Below are positions 1 through 13,830 of a DNA stretch of 64,000 bases, piece by piece (position 1 is the first letter of the stretch; each line of letters opens with the position of its first letter). Source of the DNA: Octopus bimaculoides (taxonomy: Eukaryota). Location of the stretch: assembly GCF_001194135.2 (NCBI RefSeq), contig NC_068994.1:20921569-20985568 (forward strand), written 5' to 3'. The position numbers and the translations under genes were made by a program. Below the pieces are notes generated by a model, which saw only the letters and a list, made by a program, of their open reading frames with translations, searched no databases and was not told the origin of the DNA.

Positions 1-1896
1 ACTCTTAAGTTAGAAACATGGAATGACTTAATGGGATGGTTTAATGAGTCAGTTTCTCTGGTAGTATTCACTACTTTTGAAGTTTTATAAGCATGAAACT
101 TGGTAATGTATTTGAAACTGAAAAGTTATTTAGGTGTAGAAAATTTTTGCTGAAACAGAAAATGAAACTAACACAATAAATTCAGAGCAGCCTTCTGCTA
201 TAAAGACATGTAGTTTCCATAACATTAGGCTACAACTGTTTTCAGTAAAAGTAACTTTGGTGGTGTAGTCATTACTCAGGTTATCGTGCACCAATGAATA
301 CACTTAATTTGATCAAGTCATTGACCTATTTTAGATGTTGAGAGAGGCAAGATAAAGGAGATTGATGGTGATGATGATTAAAGAGTGGATAAAAATTTGG
401 TAAGCTGATGGTCACTATGACCATTGTTATAAAACTGGTTTGTTGTTTTGTTAGCTGTAATGTAAAAAAAAAATATTAAATTGATCATAATGGTGAGAAC
501 TGCATTTCAAATAATTGATCACAGAAGAAGAAAAAGATATCAGATCATTGAGTGATGTGTAAATTTAATGCAAAAGTTGACTTATCAAATTATTTTAAAA
601 TAACTAATATCACATCATTATTTCTATACGATGCATATGAAATCATTTATGTTAATATACCAATCACTGATACCTATATTCCAGTCTTTGATTCCTAGAT
701 ACCAAATTATTGATTCTTTGGTTTAATAAAGCATCGAATATAAGTGGCTTTAAATGCAATTTCACAATGGTCAGTTTAGAGTGGGACAATTGATTACTGG
801 TGAGAATCTAAGCACATTTGAAACTATAGTTTAGCCAACCTGAGGCCTGCTTGATACTTTCTTGAAATGGGTTTATTTAAACAAACATTTAAAAAAATTT
901 TATCAAAAATTAAAGATTGTAATGAAAAGTAAAAAAGAAAGATACTACTGTTTTTGCAACAATAATATTTCATGTTGAATCAACAATAATTCATTCCTTA
1001 TTGTAATAATGGCATGAGAAAGCAAAATGCTTTCAATTTTGTCAGTATACAAGTGGCCCTCAAGAAACTTTCTGTGGTTAAAGTGGCCTGCAATGTAATT
1101 CAAGTTGGCCAAGCCTGGTCTAGTTAATCTTCTTTCTTTTTTTTTCTGCCCACAGTGAAATTGTATAAACCTGAGAGTTGTCTATGGCTCTTCAATGAAA
1201 CTATGAAATTTATTTAGTTTATAAATGCAGTAATGACTAAAATCTATAGATTTATTCCATAGAAATATATGAAATCTGTTATCAACTAAAATACTATTTC
1301 AGATAGAAAGTGGATAAACAGCTTAGTTCTAAAGTAGTCAAATAATATCAAAGTTATATATAGACATTTTAATCTTTCTTAGATGGAAATGTGATTGCTG
1401 AGGAAGCTGTTACCTAGTTCCAGAACTTAACAAAATAGTCTTAAAAATCTTAAACAACCTTATCATTTAACTCTTCTAATAGTTTTAACACGCACACATT
1501 TCTCTCTTGCAAGTGTGCACATGCTCTTTCTCTTTCCTTCAGTCTGATAGTTTGAGATAATTAATGCCCCTCACCCATTATACTTTCATCCCTCACAAAA
1601 TAAACCTTTATTTCTTTTCCTATGAACACCTGAACAGATGTTATTTCCAAGAATAGGACACAAGAAAAATCTAAAGATCCAAGTTTCGGTGACACAATTG
1701 TTAATAGCATGTATCTATGAACCTGTGCACACTGTAAATATGTTTTATGCTCCAGAAACGTAGGAAAATAATAATACTGTTTTTGTGGCCAATCTTTTTG
1801 TTGTGCCAACAAAAGATTAAAAATGAATATGTACCTAAAATAGTATTCTAGTTGACACTTCATAATGATAGCAAATATACATTATGAAAATGTGCT

Positions 1897-1935
<39 letters not shown>

Positions 1936-2223
1936 ATGCATATGCTAAGTATGAGAAACAGGTCTTGATAAGTCAGAATTTTCCAGGCCATAAAATCAAG
2001 GATCCATAAAATGAGTACTAATCATGTAATTGTGTCAGTCCAAACAAATGTATCTTCCCTGGCACCAAAATTTATTGCCTTACACCAATGTGAGAAATCT
2101 TAACTCTTGCCTAGATTAACTTTGTTCTCATTTTTTTAAATACATTTCGGGGTTGATAGAAAGAAAAATAACAATAATACAGGATAACCATAAAGTCTTG
2201 ATACAAAGGCAAAAGTTTTGTTC

Positions 2224-2412
2224 TTTTCTACTCTATGCACAAGGCCTGAAATTTGGGGAGAGGAGGCCAGTTGATTAGATTGACCAGTACACAACCGGTA
2301 CTTAATTTATCGACCCCGAAAGATGAAAAGGCAAAGTCGACCGCAGTGGAATTTGAACTTAAACATAAAGACAGACTAAATACCACTAAGAATTTCAGCC
2401 AGCTCACCACCG
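2224..2412 (-). mobile_element. tRNA-derived SINE, family B
   Basis: Reverse complement of the core gtcgactttgcctttcatc...cggggtcgataaattaagtacc seen in the 28.6 kb copies. Confidence 0.85.
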
Positions 2413-3955
2413 TAATTTTATTCAATTACATTAATGAATAACATTTTCAACATGGTTTCCAGCGATACAAAGTTTGGTGCAGTTTGTGCGATTCACATAC
2501 ACCTTATGCAATAACTCCACATTTCCATCAATTTGAGCACATTCATTAATTCAGACTTCATGCTTACTCTGTGTATCAGGGTCAATTAATTAATACTTCC
2601 TTAAAAATCTGTGGCCTTAAGTTAAAGTTAGTCATCATCATCAACAACAACAATAGAGAGGTAATATTCATCTCCATTTAAACATAAATGTTCTGTAAGA
2701 ACAAACTTTACTGCGGCAGATACCATGAAAGAAACTCTCATTGGCTTTTAGTGCAGAATGCACGCTTGTTTGTGGGGGTAAATATTACCTCCCAATATTA
2801 ATACTGCCTTTGTCACTAATATATTTTAAACAACAACAGAAGTGATAGTACATTAACTGTTGGATTAGATGATTTCTTTTATCAACTTCAGTGTCTATGT
2901 TCATATATCTTTGCAGCCAATGACATAATTTCCAGTAATATATTATTATCAAAGATTCCACCACACCCACCCCTAGAAAATATACTGTTCATTACCCGTT
3001 AATCAATGCCTCTAATTTCAAAAAGAAATTAAAGAATTCTTTTAGATTTTACAAATTGCATTTGTGGTTTATTGATTTCAGGGTAAGTTGTTCAGGTGAT
3101 CAGTGCCTCAACTGAAACAACACCAATATATTAAAGGTAATATTTATTGAACCTGGTGGAATGCAGCTACAGGTACGGCAATATATATAATTAAGTGAAA
3201 AATTATAGAAAAATCCATGCCATATGTTAATGGCTCTAGAAAAGCAAGTTATGTATAGCTGAAATATTGCATATCCTTTGTAGATCTAAGACTTCCACTG
3301 CACAGCCAAATTCCAGATCAGAAATTATTAGGAAATCTAAACATGGACAAGTTTCTTGGCATTTGGCAAACTGGAGAACACATCCTCTCTGGATTGAGCA
3401 GCTGTATTACAGACTTTTGACCCCTTCCATTGATTCTACTCCAACCAGCTTTATGGCTTTACAGCCAAAGGCAACATAACTCTAATTCTCTTTCTTCTTT
3501 TTCTCCTTTCTTCTTCCATTTTTTTCACTTTTTGCATCCACCTTTCTCAATTTTTTTTTACCGTGATTTCTTTTGGTCTATTGTGCTGATTTGTAATTTG
3601 TATAGGTCATGTGCTCAGACCTCAGAGATTGCTTAGAAACACTAGGTGTGTTATTAAAACCTGCCTTCACAACATCTCCAATGTATGAAACTATTAGTAG
3701 CTCATAACAGTATACTTTGTACACCAAACAATATTTATCTCTCATCAGATAGAGTACTTTTTTGTTGATCTTACCTTAACGGAAAAGTAAATTGTGTGTG
3801 TATATATATCATGAACTCTTGTCATAGACAACATACGAGGGTTCTGAAATTTCTTGTTGAACAACCTGCACAGATAATTTGTTCATAGTGATCACATGTA
3901 TATGTACATATATATGTGTGTGTGTGTGTGTGTGTGTCTGTATACATGTGTGTAT

Positions 3956-6900
3956 TTGTCATCGTCGTTTAACATCCACTTTTCATGAGTTGGACAGTTT
4001 GACTGAGGGCTAGCAAGCCAGAAGACTGCACCAGGCTCCAGTCCGATTTGGCAAAGTTTCTACTGCTGGATGCCCTTCCTAACACCAACCACTCTGTGAG
4101 TGTAGTGGGTGCTTTTTATGTGCCACCGGCACGAGGGCCATTTGGGCGGTACTGGCATTAACCACGCTTGAATGGTGCTTTTTATGTGCCACTGGCACAG
4201 GAGCCAGTCAGGCAATACTGGCAATGACCAAACTTGAAAGGTGCTTTTTATGTGCCATCAGCACTGGTATTGACCACGCTCGAATGGTGCTTTTTATGTG
4301 CCATTGGCATGGGAGCCAGCCAGGCAACACTGACAACAATCATACTCGAATGGTGCTTTTTACGTGCCAATCAGGCAGTACTGTCATCGGCCACGACAAC
4401 GACATCACTTGCCTCAACAGGTCTTCGCAAGCGCAGTTTATTGCCCAATGATTGAAGGGTACTCTTAAATGGGCTGGTTATGCTGCACTGGCATAGGCCA
4501 TGGTTACGGTCTCACTTGACTTGCTGAGTCTTTTCAAGCACAGCATATCTCCAAAGGTCTCGGTCACTTGTCATCGCCTCGGTGAGGCCCAATGTTTAAA
4601 GGTTGTGCTTCACCACCTCATCCCAGGTCTTCCTGGGTCTACCTCTTCCACAGTTTCCCTCTACTGCTAGGGTGTGAACACTTTTTCACACAGCTATTCT
4701 CATCCATATGCAACACACGACCACACTAGTGCAGTCGTCTCTCTTGCACACCACATCTGATACTTCTTAAGTCCAACTTTTCTCTCAGGGCGTTTACACT
4801 CTATCATGTATGCACACTGACATTACACATCCAGCGCAGCATACTAGCTTCATTCCTTGCAAGCAGTCATGGCCCATGTTTCATTGCCATGTAGCATGGC
4901 TGTTCACACACATGCGTCATACAGTCTACCTTTTACTCTGAGCGAGAAGCCCTTTGTCACCAGCAGAGGTAGGAGCTCTCTGAACTTTGCCCAGGCTATT
5001 CATATTCTAGTGGTAACACTCTCTGAGCATCCACCCCCACTACTGACTTGGTCACCTAGGTAATGGAAGCTATCAACTACTCGTAGTTTTTTCCCCTTGG
5101 AATGTGACAGAAGCTGTTTTCTGCACATTTTCAGTGTTTATTGCTCCTGAGCATTTACCACACACAAAAACTGTCTTCCCAGTTAGCCTTCCTTTGATAT
5201 TACTGCACCTCTTATGTGTCCATAGCTTACACCAGGTACATCTTATAGAATTTCTACTCATGCCTTTTCTACAGATCGAGTAGGGCCATCTACTTGTAGA
5301 GATTTGTGGTTTGTCTGCCTTCTTACTTATTAAGACTTTGGTTTTTGCTACATTGACTCTAAGGCCCTTTGATTCTAATCCTTGCTTCCACACCTGAAAC
5401 TTCTTTTCAAGTTCTGATAGTGACTCAGCTATTAGAGCCAGGTCATCAGCATAGAGAAGCTCCCAGGGACATCCTGTCTTGAATTCCTGTTATTGCCTGG
5501 AGGACTATGATGAATAAGAGTGGGCTGAGGACTGATCCCTGGTGGACACCTATTCAGAATTCTTCACTGTATTCATTGCCAACCCTCACCTTACTGACAG
5601 CATGGCTTGTACAGCTCTCACTAACCATTCATCTACCCCTAGTTTCTGCATTGACCACCAGATAAGGGATCAAGGGACCCTGTCAAAGGCTTTCTCCATG
5701 TCAACGAAAGCCAGGTACAGAGGTTTATCTTTGGCTAGGTATTTCTCCTGCAGCTGTCTTACCAGAAATATAGCATCGGTGGTGCTTTTCCATGGCACAA
5801 ACCTAAACTGCATCTCGTCTACACTGACTCCCTAATTAGTTGGGCTATGACCTTCTCTGTGACTTTCATTACCTGGTCCAACAACTTGATCCCTCTGTAA
5901 TTATTCGTATCTAATGCATCACCTTTACCTTTCTAGCAGTTGACTATGGTGCTGCTACATCCGTCATTGGGTATGACTCCTTCATGTATCATCTGATTGA
6001 CTATACAGGTGACTAGACTATAGCTGACACCGCCAGATATTTTAAGCATCTCTGCGATGATTCTTGATGGGCCGGGGGCTTTCCCTGTCTTCATACTCTT
6101 AATTGCTTTATCTACCAAGGTACTGTCAATTCGGATAACTGGTCCCTCAGTTGGATCGACATTCAGCAGACTCTTTCTCCCATTCATTCACTTCATTTAG
6201 CAACATTTCATAGTGGCATCTCCAAGTCTCTTTCCTTGCAGCCTCATTAAATGCAAGTGAGCCATCATCCATGTGGACACATTTCTCTCCTGTGACATCA
6301 CGATTCTCTCTCACACACTGTCTTACAACATGGAACATTTCAAGTCTGTGGTCCTCATAACGCAAAACATTGGCAATTATTTTTCTGATCTGCTTCCCCT
6401 CTGGTTAACTAAACCTGTCTCCTAGCTTCCCTTCTGATACAATTCCCTGCTACCACCATTCTTCCAGTCCTTCCATGCCTGTTTCTTTTCCCTAATGGCT
6501 TTGTTAACTACATTGTTCCACCACCATGTTACCTTGGGTTGAGAGGGGACTTTGTAGGGATTTGCACCATCCACAGATCCAGTCAATAACCCTCAACTCT
6601 ATGGGTGCATGGTTCGTCAGGATTCTTCCACTTCAAAAAAATGGTGTATTTGGAGCCAGCTTCTCTGAAGCTGCCTTCTCCAGGAAGCTTAGTCTCACTC
6701 AAGGCTGGCAAGTTCCTTGCAGACAAAGGCTGTACGTCACTCCAGACGATTAATGTCACTCTTGTCCTGGAGAGGGCAGATGTTCCAGGCCCCGAAAGTG
6801 AGAGGTTGTAAAACAAAGGATTTAGGAGTCAATGATGGATGAGTAGAAGTAGAGCTCCGACCGCTGTGTGGGAGGTCCACCAGATCAAGTTGTTATGTCC

Positions 6901-7497
6901 AATGTTTACCTCACCTTTTCTAGGGGCTCCCCCTTAAGGGGCAAGCTGTGGTAATCCTAAAGAGGCCAGCCCAGTCACAAGTCCAGCTGCCGAACTCCAA
7001 TGTCATAGCTATTCATTGGAGAGTGACCATCTAAGATTTACTGCCAATGTGGAGTTACAGACTAGAGGCTTCCAGGAGACTCAGTGTAGAAAGACGAAGC
7101 CAGTCACTGAGTAAATTGTTTGAGGTGATCATGGCTGCACAACAGCTATGTGCATGCACTTGGCCAGGAAATTCACTGCAGCTCAAGAATTGAGATGTGC
7201 AGTCTTGTTGAGGCTGGTTGCAGTGAGCTGCCAGAGTTTATCTGCCTTTGCCACACTTGCCCACCAAGCATTACCCTCTTCCGCCAGAGTCACTCCATGG
7301 GGGCTTGAGATTACTCTCCTCTGCTTGCTTCACCGTTGGGCTCTAGATGTTGGTGTTTGGTCGTGTTTAGTCTGGGACCTCATCCTCGACTTTGCCGCCA
7401 TGGGTGACCCTACCAGGAGTCTAGGGCTCCAGACAGCATCACTCTCGTAATCACTGGGACAGACAAGCTCTTCCACCACAGCAAGGGACAACCATCG
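3956..7497 (-). mobile_element. Decayed RTE-clade LINE, near full length but apparently chimeric or internally deleted
   Basis: On the minus strand: RTE-type 5' UTR, APE N-terminus (TFGAWNI, ALSETKLPGEG), linker VTWWWNN, RT motifs (KSMKTGKAPGP, LLYADDLA at ~5443-5466, HYLGDQ) and a PHD-like Cys/His insert. The 3' UTR has ggaagggcatccagc and a gttaaacgacgatgac tail. Many stops and frameshifts. Confidence 0.95.
4108..4380. repeat. 66-bp minisatellite (5 units) in the RTE 3' UTR
   Basis: ggtgctttttatgtgcca (one mismatch in the last copy) starts at 4108, 4174, 4240, 4286 and 4352, with spacings 66, 66, 46, 66. Confidence 0.9.
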
Positions 7498-9207
7498 GAA
7501 GAGATATATATGTATGCACACACACACACACCACTATACATGTAGTCCAGTACTCTACCATTTCTACACACTTAAAAAGAGTAAATTATTGATCAACTGA
7601 TTGATGCACACCATCTTTTCATACTAACTCAGATTTATAGGGTTTGTAAATTTGTTTACACATACTATTCCTACCACTAATCACTCAACTGTGGTGTAGA
7701 AGGCAGGCTTTTGAAATTCTTTAAAGAGTGGCATTGATGTTGTTAGAGAAATTCCTTAAAGAGTAGTATTGATGTTGTGACAGACACTCCCACACTATCA
7801 AAACATGTGTAGCCGATGATGTTCAGCTTGAACTTGTGTAAGGTGGTATCTTACAGGCAGAGTTAATCCATCTTTCTGTTTAATTCCAGCATTTGGTCCT
7901 TGGATTTCTTTAGTAGAGTTCTTCCTGCTGTTAACTTTGAAGCCAGGTCTCCAGATTGAAGATGACTTCCTTCCATCCACTTGGGTGTAAACCAAAAAAT
8001 GGTTGAGAATTAATGCAATAAACAGAACAACATAATTGTTTTCATTATTATGTTTATTGATAGAGCTTATTCCATTAACCTTTACTGGATCTCCAGTTGT
8101 GAGCAGAAGGGAAGAACAAACAGCAACCCATGGCTGTTGCTAATCCCTACTTTGATTTCTTCTAAGTAGCCCAGCTTGAAGCTGGTGGCCATGGGTAGAC
8201 TTCCTAGCAGCCTGTCAAAGAGTTACTTATAGTGTCAGGTTCCTGTCATATCTCTGCTGGAGAGTGATTTCCACCTATACCAACTAACAGATGGTGATAC
8301 TACATAAATGAGCATGGAAGGTTCAGTAGTTAACAGCATATAACCACATTCATCTTAATATATGTGTATGTGAATGGGTAAATGTTTATCAAATATGTTT
8401 CAGCATTAGAATTACTCATGCAGTGAAGGAAAGAATAACAAACATTAGCACAAACACTGATATTTTGCAAACATAATGACAACTCCAGTCAATTCTAATC
8501 TAATTTTGAAACATCTTGATTACTCTAGATTTTGAAGATGTTATCCCTGCAGTTTCAAACAGATTTAAGCTTTGAGCTAATGCTTTCCTCTCTTTGCTGT
8601 GAGAAAAGTCTTAATACTGACTTAACTAATTGTATTCTGTACACATGACATCCCTTGGCAATTTCCTCAGTCATTATGTTATATTCTTATGTTAATCCAT
8701 GTGCTTCATATGTTAATTCTATTATTACTGATCTGGTAAGTAGGTTAAAAACTACACTTTGCTGAGGAGGTCTAAAAGACCAAAACATGTCCATAGTTGT
8801 CACCATGCTTGTCAAGAATCAGATTAATTTAATACCAGTTCTTGTGCTAATATTTTGTTGTGTTTTATCCTTACCACATACATAATTCTAATTTCAATTG
8901 ATTGTGAATTGGAAGCTTTTTCAATAAGAATTGTATGTTGATCTATGTTTTCCTCCCCTTATTGCAGTGAGGGTCTTCATTAATTAAAATTCTCTTGCAC
9001 ACTTCATTATGTAAGTCATTATTAACATTACTATTAACTTTTAGGAATGATGTTAGTTAACCTTTGTGTTGCTGTTGATTTGAAAAATCATTCTCTTATA
9101 TTGGTCAATCAACTTGAAATAAGAGCTTAATTGCCTTCAACTAATATTCTACCATCTTAGAATAGTAAGTACATATTGGATATTATAGTCCTATAAAGCA
9201 CTATGTC

Positions 9208-9525
9208 ATGGCTTAGTGGTTAGGCTATTCGGTTCATGATCATAAGGTCAGGAGTTTGATTCCCAGCAGCGTATGTTGTCCTTGAGCAAGACACTTTTAT
9301 TTCACATTGCTGCAGTCCACTCAACTGGTAAAAATGAGTAGCACCTGTATTTCAAAGGGTCATCCTCATCACATTCTGTGCTACACTGAATCTCCCTGAG
9401 AACTATGTTATGGGTACATGTATCTGTAGAGTATTCAACCACTTGCATGTTCATATCAGGAGCAGGCTGTTCTGTTGATTGGATCAGCTGGAACCCTCAT
9501 CATCATAACTGACAGAGTGCTAGTT
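9208..9525 (+). mobile_element. Old tRNA-derived SINE, family C
   Basis: A box-like tggcttagtggttagg and B box-like ggagtttgattccc, followed by ccttgagcaagacac. Confidence 0.7.
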
Positions 9526-9665
9526 CATATCAAGGGGAAAGCATTGGAGAGGGGTTGCAACCAGGCTGCCTTCTTTATTTCAGAGTTTAAGCGGAGACTA
9601 AGCAACACCTTTCTAACATGAACTTTCAAAAGGCAATCAAGAAGAGATTGATTTCATACTGTATA

Positions 9666-10038
9666 GGCACAAGCGTGGCTGTGTGGTACAAATCTTGCTT
9701 ACCAACCACATGATTCCAGGTTCAGTCTTCTACTATAGCTTCAGGCTGACCAAAGCCTTGTGAGTGGATTTGATAGACAGAAACTGGAAGAAGTCTGTCA
9801 TGTGTATATATATTTGTGTGTGCGTGGGTCTGTATTTACCCCTCATCATTGCTTGACAACCGATGCTGGTGTGTTTATGTTCCCATAACTTTGCGGTTTG
9901 GCAAAATAAACCAATATAATAAGTACTAGACTTACAAAGAATAAGACTTGGGGTTGATTTCTTCGACTAAAACCCTTTAAGATAGTTCTCCAGCATGGCC
10001 ACAGTCAAATGACTGATTCAAGTAAAAGAATAAAAGAG
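9666..10038 (+). mobile_element. tRNA-derived SINE, family A (octopus OK-like)
   Basis: Head gtggctgtgtggta, central TA/TG microsatellite, tail cagtcaaatgactga...gtaaaagaataaaagag. Homologous to 38772-39178. Confidence 0.9.
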
Positions 10039-11240
10039 AGAAAGAGAAAAGAAAAACTATTCACAATTAACTCTCTCACATCTATAATCATTAATGTCTA
10101 ACCTCAGATCTAAATTATTATTGATGATATTTTACTTTATTCCCTTACTGCTTACATCACATAAAATAAAATCAGAGAGAAAGAAACGTTACTTTTATAC
10201 CAAATAGAATAAATCCCTTCATTATCATCATTTAACATTCACATTCTCTGCTGACGTGGATTAGATGGAATTTGTTGAGGAAGATTTTCTATAGCTAAAT
10301 GTTCTTCTTGTTGTCAACCCTCACCTGTTTTCAAGTAAGGTGTTTTCCCCATGATCAGCCATGTGTCAGAAGATTGAAAACAAAGGACACTGCTTGCATG
10401 ACAGTAACTTTCACAACAATTATGCAATGTCAAGGAAAGGAGACAGTAGCAACACAACCACACACAAGTACATATATGATGGGCTTCCTTTAATTTTCAT
10501 GAAGCAAAGACACATGCCTGAATTCCCACACTGTAGAACTGAACCCAAAGTCATGTAGTTGACAGGCAATCATCTTACCACACTGCCACTTTCTACTATT
10601 TATAGTATGTGGACTCAAATAGCAGTTGTCCAAAATTATTACTTCTGTTGCTGCAATCATAGATATTGATGTTGCTGCAGATGCAGCAAGTTTATGAATC
10701 ATTTAAGGTGAAAACTATTTCTGATGAACGTTATTTCATTGATCAGATAAGTGGTGAATGGGCAAAGGTTATTAGGATAACAGGTACAATGTCTTGCAGT
10801 ATTTGTTCTGCCTCTCTGTGCTCTAAGTTCAAATGCCACTGAGGTTAACTTTAACCTGTGGTCTTTTTTGGAGGTGTTAAACAATATACAAATCAAGTAA
10901 TAGGGTTAATTTTTCAAGCCTTCTCACTGAAGTGGATTAAAGCTGCTAATAGAGGGGTTGTGCCACTTTAGTTTCTTAAAGCACCAAAAATGTAATCTAG
11001 CTAAGTCTCTGGCAGAATCTATGGCAGTGGGTATCATTTGGCCAAATAATGACTAGGGGTCCCTTTGTTAAAAAAAATGATTAGATTTATTTTCATCATC
11101 TTTTAAAACTTGTAGGATTGTATATGGAATTGGAGTGGGGAGATTTATGACTGAGCTTAACTCTGTTAGTTGGAACACATAGGTTACCTATATGAAAATA
11201 AATCAATTAAAAGGTTTCCCAGAAAGAAATGACCACTTAA

Positions 11241-11439
11241 CCCTTTAGCATCTGTCAAATGTCATGTTTATTTATTCACGTTGCTTTGAATTAATCATGC
11301 ATTATCTTGTACCTATGAGGTAACTATTAAATTTTAGAATGACATTGTAAGGTAGGTGTGAGAGGCCATATCTGGCCAGTTTAAATATATAATAGGTAGA
11401 ACATTTTGGTTGGATATAGCCGGTTTAAATGCTAAAGAT
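11241..11439. mobile_element. piggyBac-type MITE, family 1
   Basis: TTAA|CCCTTTAGCAT ... AATGCTAAAGAT|TTAA. The body is homologous, in opposite orientation, to 25096-25315. Confidence 0.75.
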
Positions 11440-12306
11440 TTAAGTTATTTCTCATTGAATGGAAGGTTTTCTTGCTATAAAATGCTTTGCTCAAAAATTC
11501 TTCCTATTATCTCAATTTTTGGAACATCCTAATTGAAAGTAGTATCACCATCAACATTGATATCCTCGTCATTATACTCATAAAGACTTGAGACATTTGG
11601 TTATGCTCTACTAAACTATTCTTTCCACTGACAACTTACAGCATATCCTTGTCCATTCATGTTACATACCATAGTCTTCTGTCCTATGTATATTTTTCAA
11701 TATCTTTGATCTAAAATCGCCTCCTTAACTCTTTTCTATTCAGTTTTTCCTTTAATTAATATTGCACATACAACATACCATACTCATTCTTAAAAAATAA
11801 ATGAACCTAAGGTAAAAAAAAAATGTTTCTAAATGCTCATGGGTCATGAAGCTAAGTTTGTCACCAGTCTCTTGGCTTTAAGCAAAAAGCTAAAGGTCTC
11901 TCTGGAAAGGATGTCAGTCTATCATAGATTACATTCTCATAAGAATTCTTACTTCCCAGATTTATGTAAATTTAGATTCAAATGCCATTTAACTAATTGA
12001 ACTTTATAATGACAAAGACACTAAACAAGATTCTGAGGAAAAGTTACTGCAAAATCAAAAGAAATAAATTTCTGAACATGTGTGACAAATTAAAAGAAAA
12101 AAATTAAAGAAAGATAAGAAGCATGAGAGTGAAGAACAAAATATAAGATAAAGAAATTCAAAGGAAGAGATTAGGGAAGCCAAGCAAAGCTAAGTAGGTA
12201 ACTGAACAGTGTGAAAATATTGTGGACAGCCTTTCCAACAACAACACAAGGAGGCACTGCAACTGGTAAAGAATTTCACTGAAGAAAAAAAAAAAAAAAA
12301 AAAAAA

Positions 12307-12316
12307 NNNNNNNNNN
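12307..12316. other. Assembly gap (10 N) within a poly(A) run
   Basis: N run. Confidence 1.
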
Positions 12317-13087
12317 AAAACAAAAAGAAATAAAAGCTAATGGAAAGTTGAACAGATTACTATTCAGAATTGTGCAATGACTAGGGCAGAGGTGATCCAA
12401 ATGTGCTGACTGTACAGAAATCTTCCTATGAGAATGACTTCTCAGTCAAGTGTAAAATCAAAACTACAACAGTAAAACCACTGACAGACAGAAAATTGGT
12501 GACAGCTGACAACATCCAGGCAAAAATAGGCATCCTTATGACTCTCTATTAATAAAGGTGGGTGCACAGCTAAGGTTGCTATTTTTCTACAGAAGCCTCT
12601 TTTTTTCATCCTCTGTGGAGTTCATGATGGTGATGGTAGTTCTGGATTTTGTAGTTGCTGGAAGAGGGGTGAAGTGTTATTTTTCATTGAAAATAGTGAC
12701 AGCCATTCTCACTTTGTCAAGTAAAATTTTCAAAGTAGCTAACATCTTTAGCATTGCCATAACTACCTCCCAACCCTTCCCTCTTCAAATGGCAAATTTA
12801 TGGATAAAATAAGTACCAGTTGAGCATTGACTAGCTCCCTCCCACAAAATTTCAGATCTTGTACCTATAGTAGAAAGAATTATTATTAGTAGCAATACAC
12901 AAAGTAATGTACTTACCACAAAACTAAATGCTTGATGGTATTTTTGTCACATAACACACAAGTTGAAAAACCAGTGGGGTTGGCATCATCATTAACCATC
13001 AAGAGTTAGTAAGACAGTCATTCACTGAGACTGATTCAGTCAACTAATTCTTTTCATTATAAGTCTGTGCATGTGGCATTATATTAA

Positions 13088-13302
13088 TCCTTTGTCTATC
13101 TTGTGTATCATATGTGATAAACAGGATACATTTTACTGATGTCCATGCATCATATATGATACACATTCCCAATTTTTTTTCAACCACCTGAATAACTTTA
13201 GGCAAGTTTTATTATTACCAAGGGCATGAAACAAGGGTTAACTAAAAGTCAAATATGGTTGTTTAGGACAAACTTATGAAAATGCTTTGGACAGACAAAG
13301 GG
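13088..13302. mobile_element. piggyBac-type MITE, family 2
   Basis: TTAA|TCCTTTGTCTATC ... GGACAGACAAAGGG|TTAA. Confidence 0.65.
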
Positions 13303-13521
13303 TTAAATGTAAGAAATTATAAATGTCTTTTCAAATAATTTGATATAGATTTTATTGCTTTATTATTATTTTGGTTGTTACTGATCATCATTATTAAAAG
13401 TGAATAAAGAAACCATAATTATTGTTATTTTTGTATCTAAGCTGTTCAGATTGTTAAAAAAATGTTTTTTAAGTTTTAACCTATTTCCACAAATTTCTCC
13501 AACAAAATAATAATAATGTGA

Positions 13522-13830
13522 GGCTGCATGACCTAGTGGTTATGGTGTTGTACTCACAATAGCGAGATAATGGTTTCAGTCCCTAGATCAGCTGGTGTTT
13601 TGTGTTCTGGAGCAAAACACTTCATCTCGTGTCACTCTGTGATCAACTTGACACCTGACTAGTGGTGCACGGTGCACCTGTTCAGGTAACGTTGATTTGA
13701 TGGAGGGAGTGAGCTAATGTGCAGCACAAACATTTGATTAATATAAAACAAATTATTTGTGCAGGTCATTCAGCAAAAGCTGAACACTCATACACCATCT
13801 TTGATGGAAGAGTCCATCAATAACAACAAC
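13522..13830 (+). mobile_element. Old tRNA-derived SINE, family D
   Basis: Head tgacctagtggttatggtg with a degenerate B box ggtttcagtccc, and a caataacaacaac tail. Confidence 0.6.

Noticed and set aside
826-1117. hAT-like MITE
   Set aside because: The right end resembles a TIR (gttggccaagcctg), but the left end is too degenerate and no TSD was found.
1561-1863. 100-aa minus ORF and Cys-rich plus-strand remnants
   Set aside because: There are no recognisable motifs or splice signals. It may be a very old TE fragment but cannot be assigned.
4108-4380. CRISPR-like repeat-spacer array
   Set aside because: The spacers are homologous to each other (66-bp tandem units), the context is a eukaryotic LINE 3' UTR, and there are no cas genes.
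7700-8300. Possible LINE remnant with a local 35-bp duplication
   Set aside because: No diagnostic motif was found in any frame, so the class cannot be supported.
12916-13000. Minus-strand donor G|gtaagt with a short upstream frame
   Set aside because: There is no acceptor, and the plus strand resembles a LINE endonuclease remnant (GVGIII).
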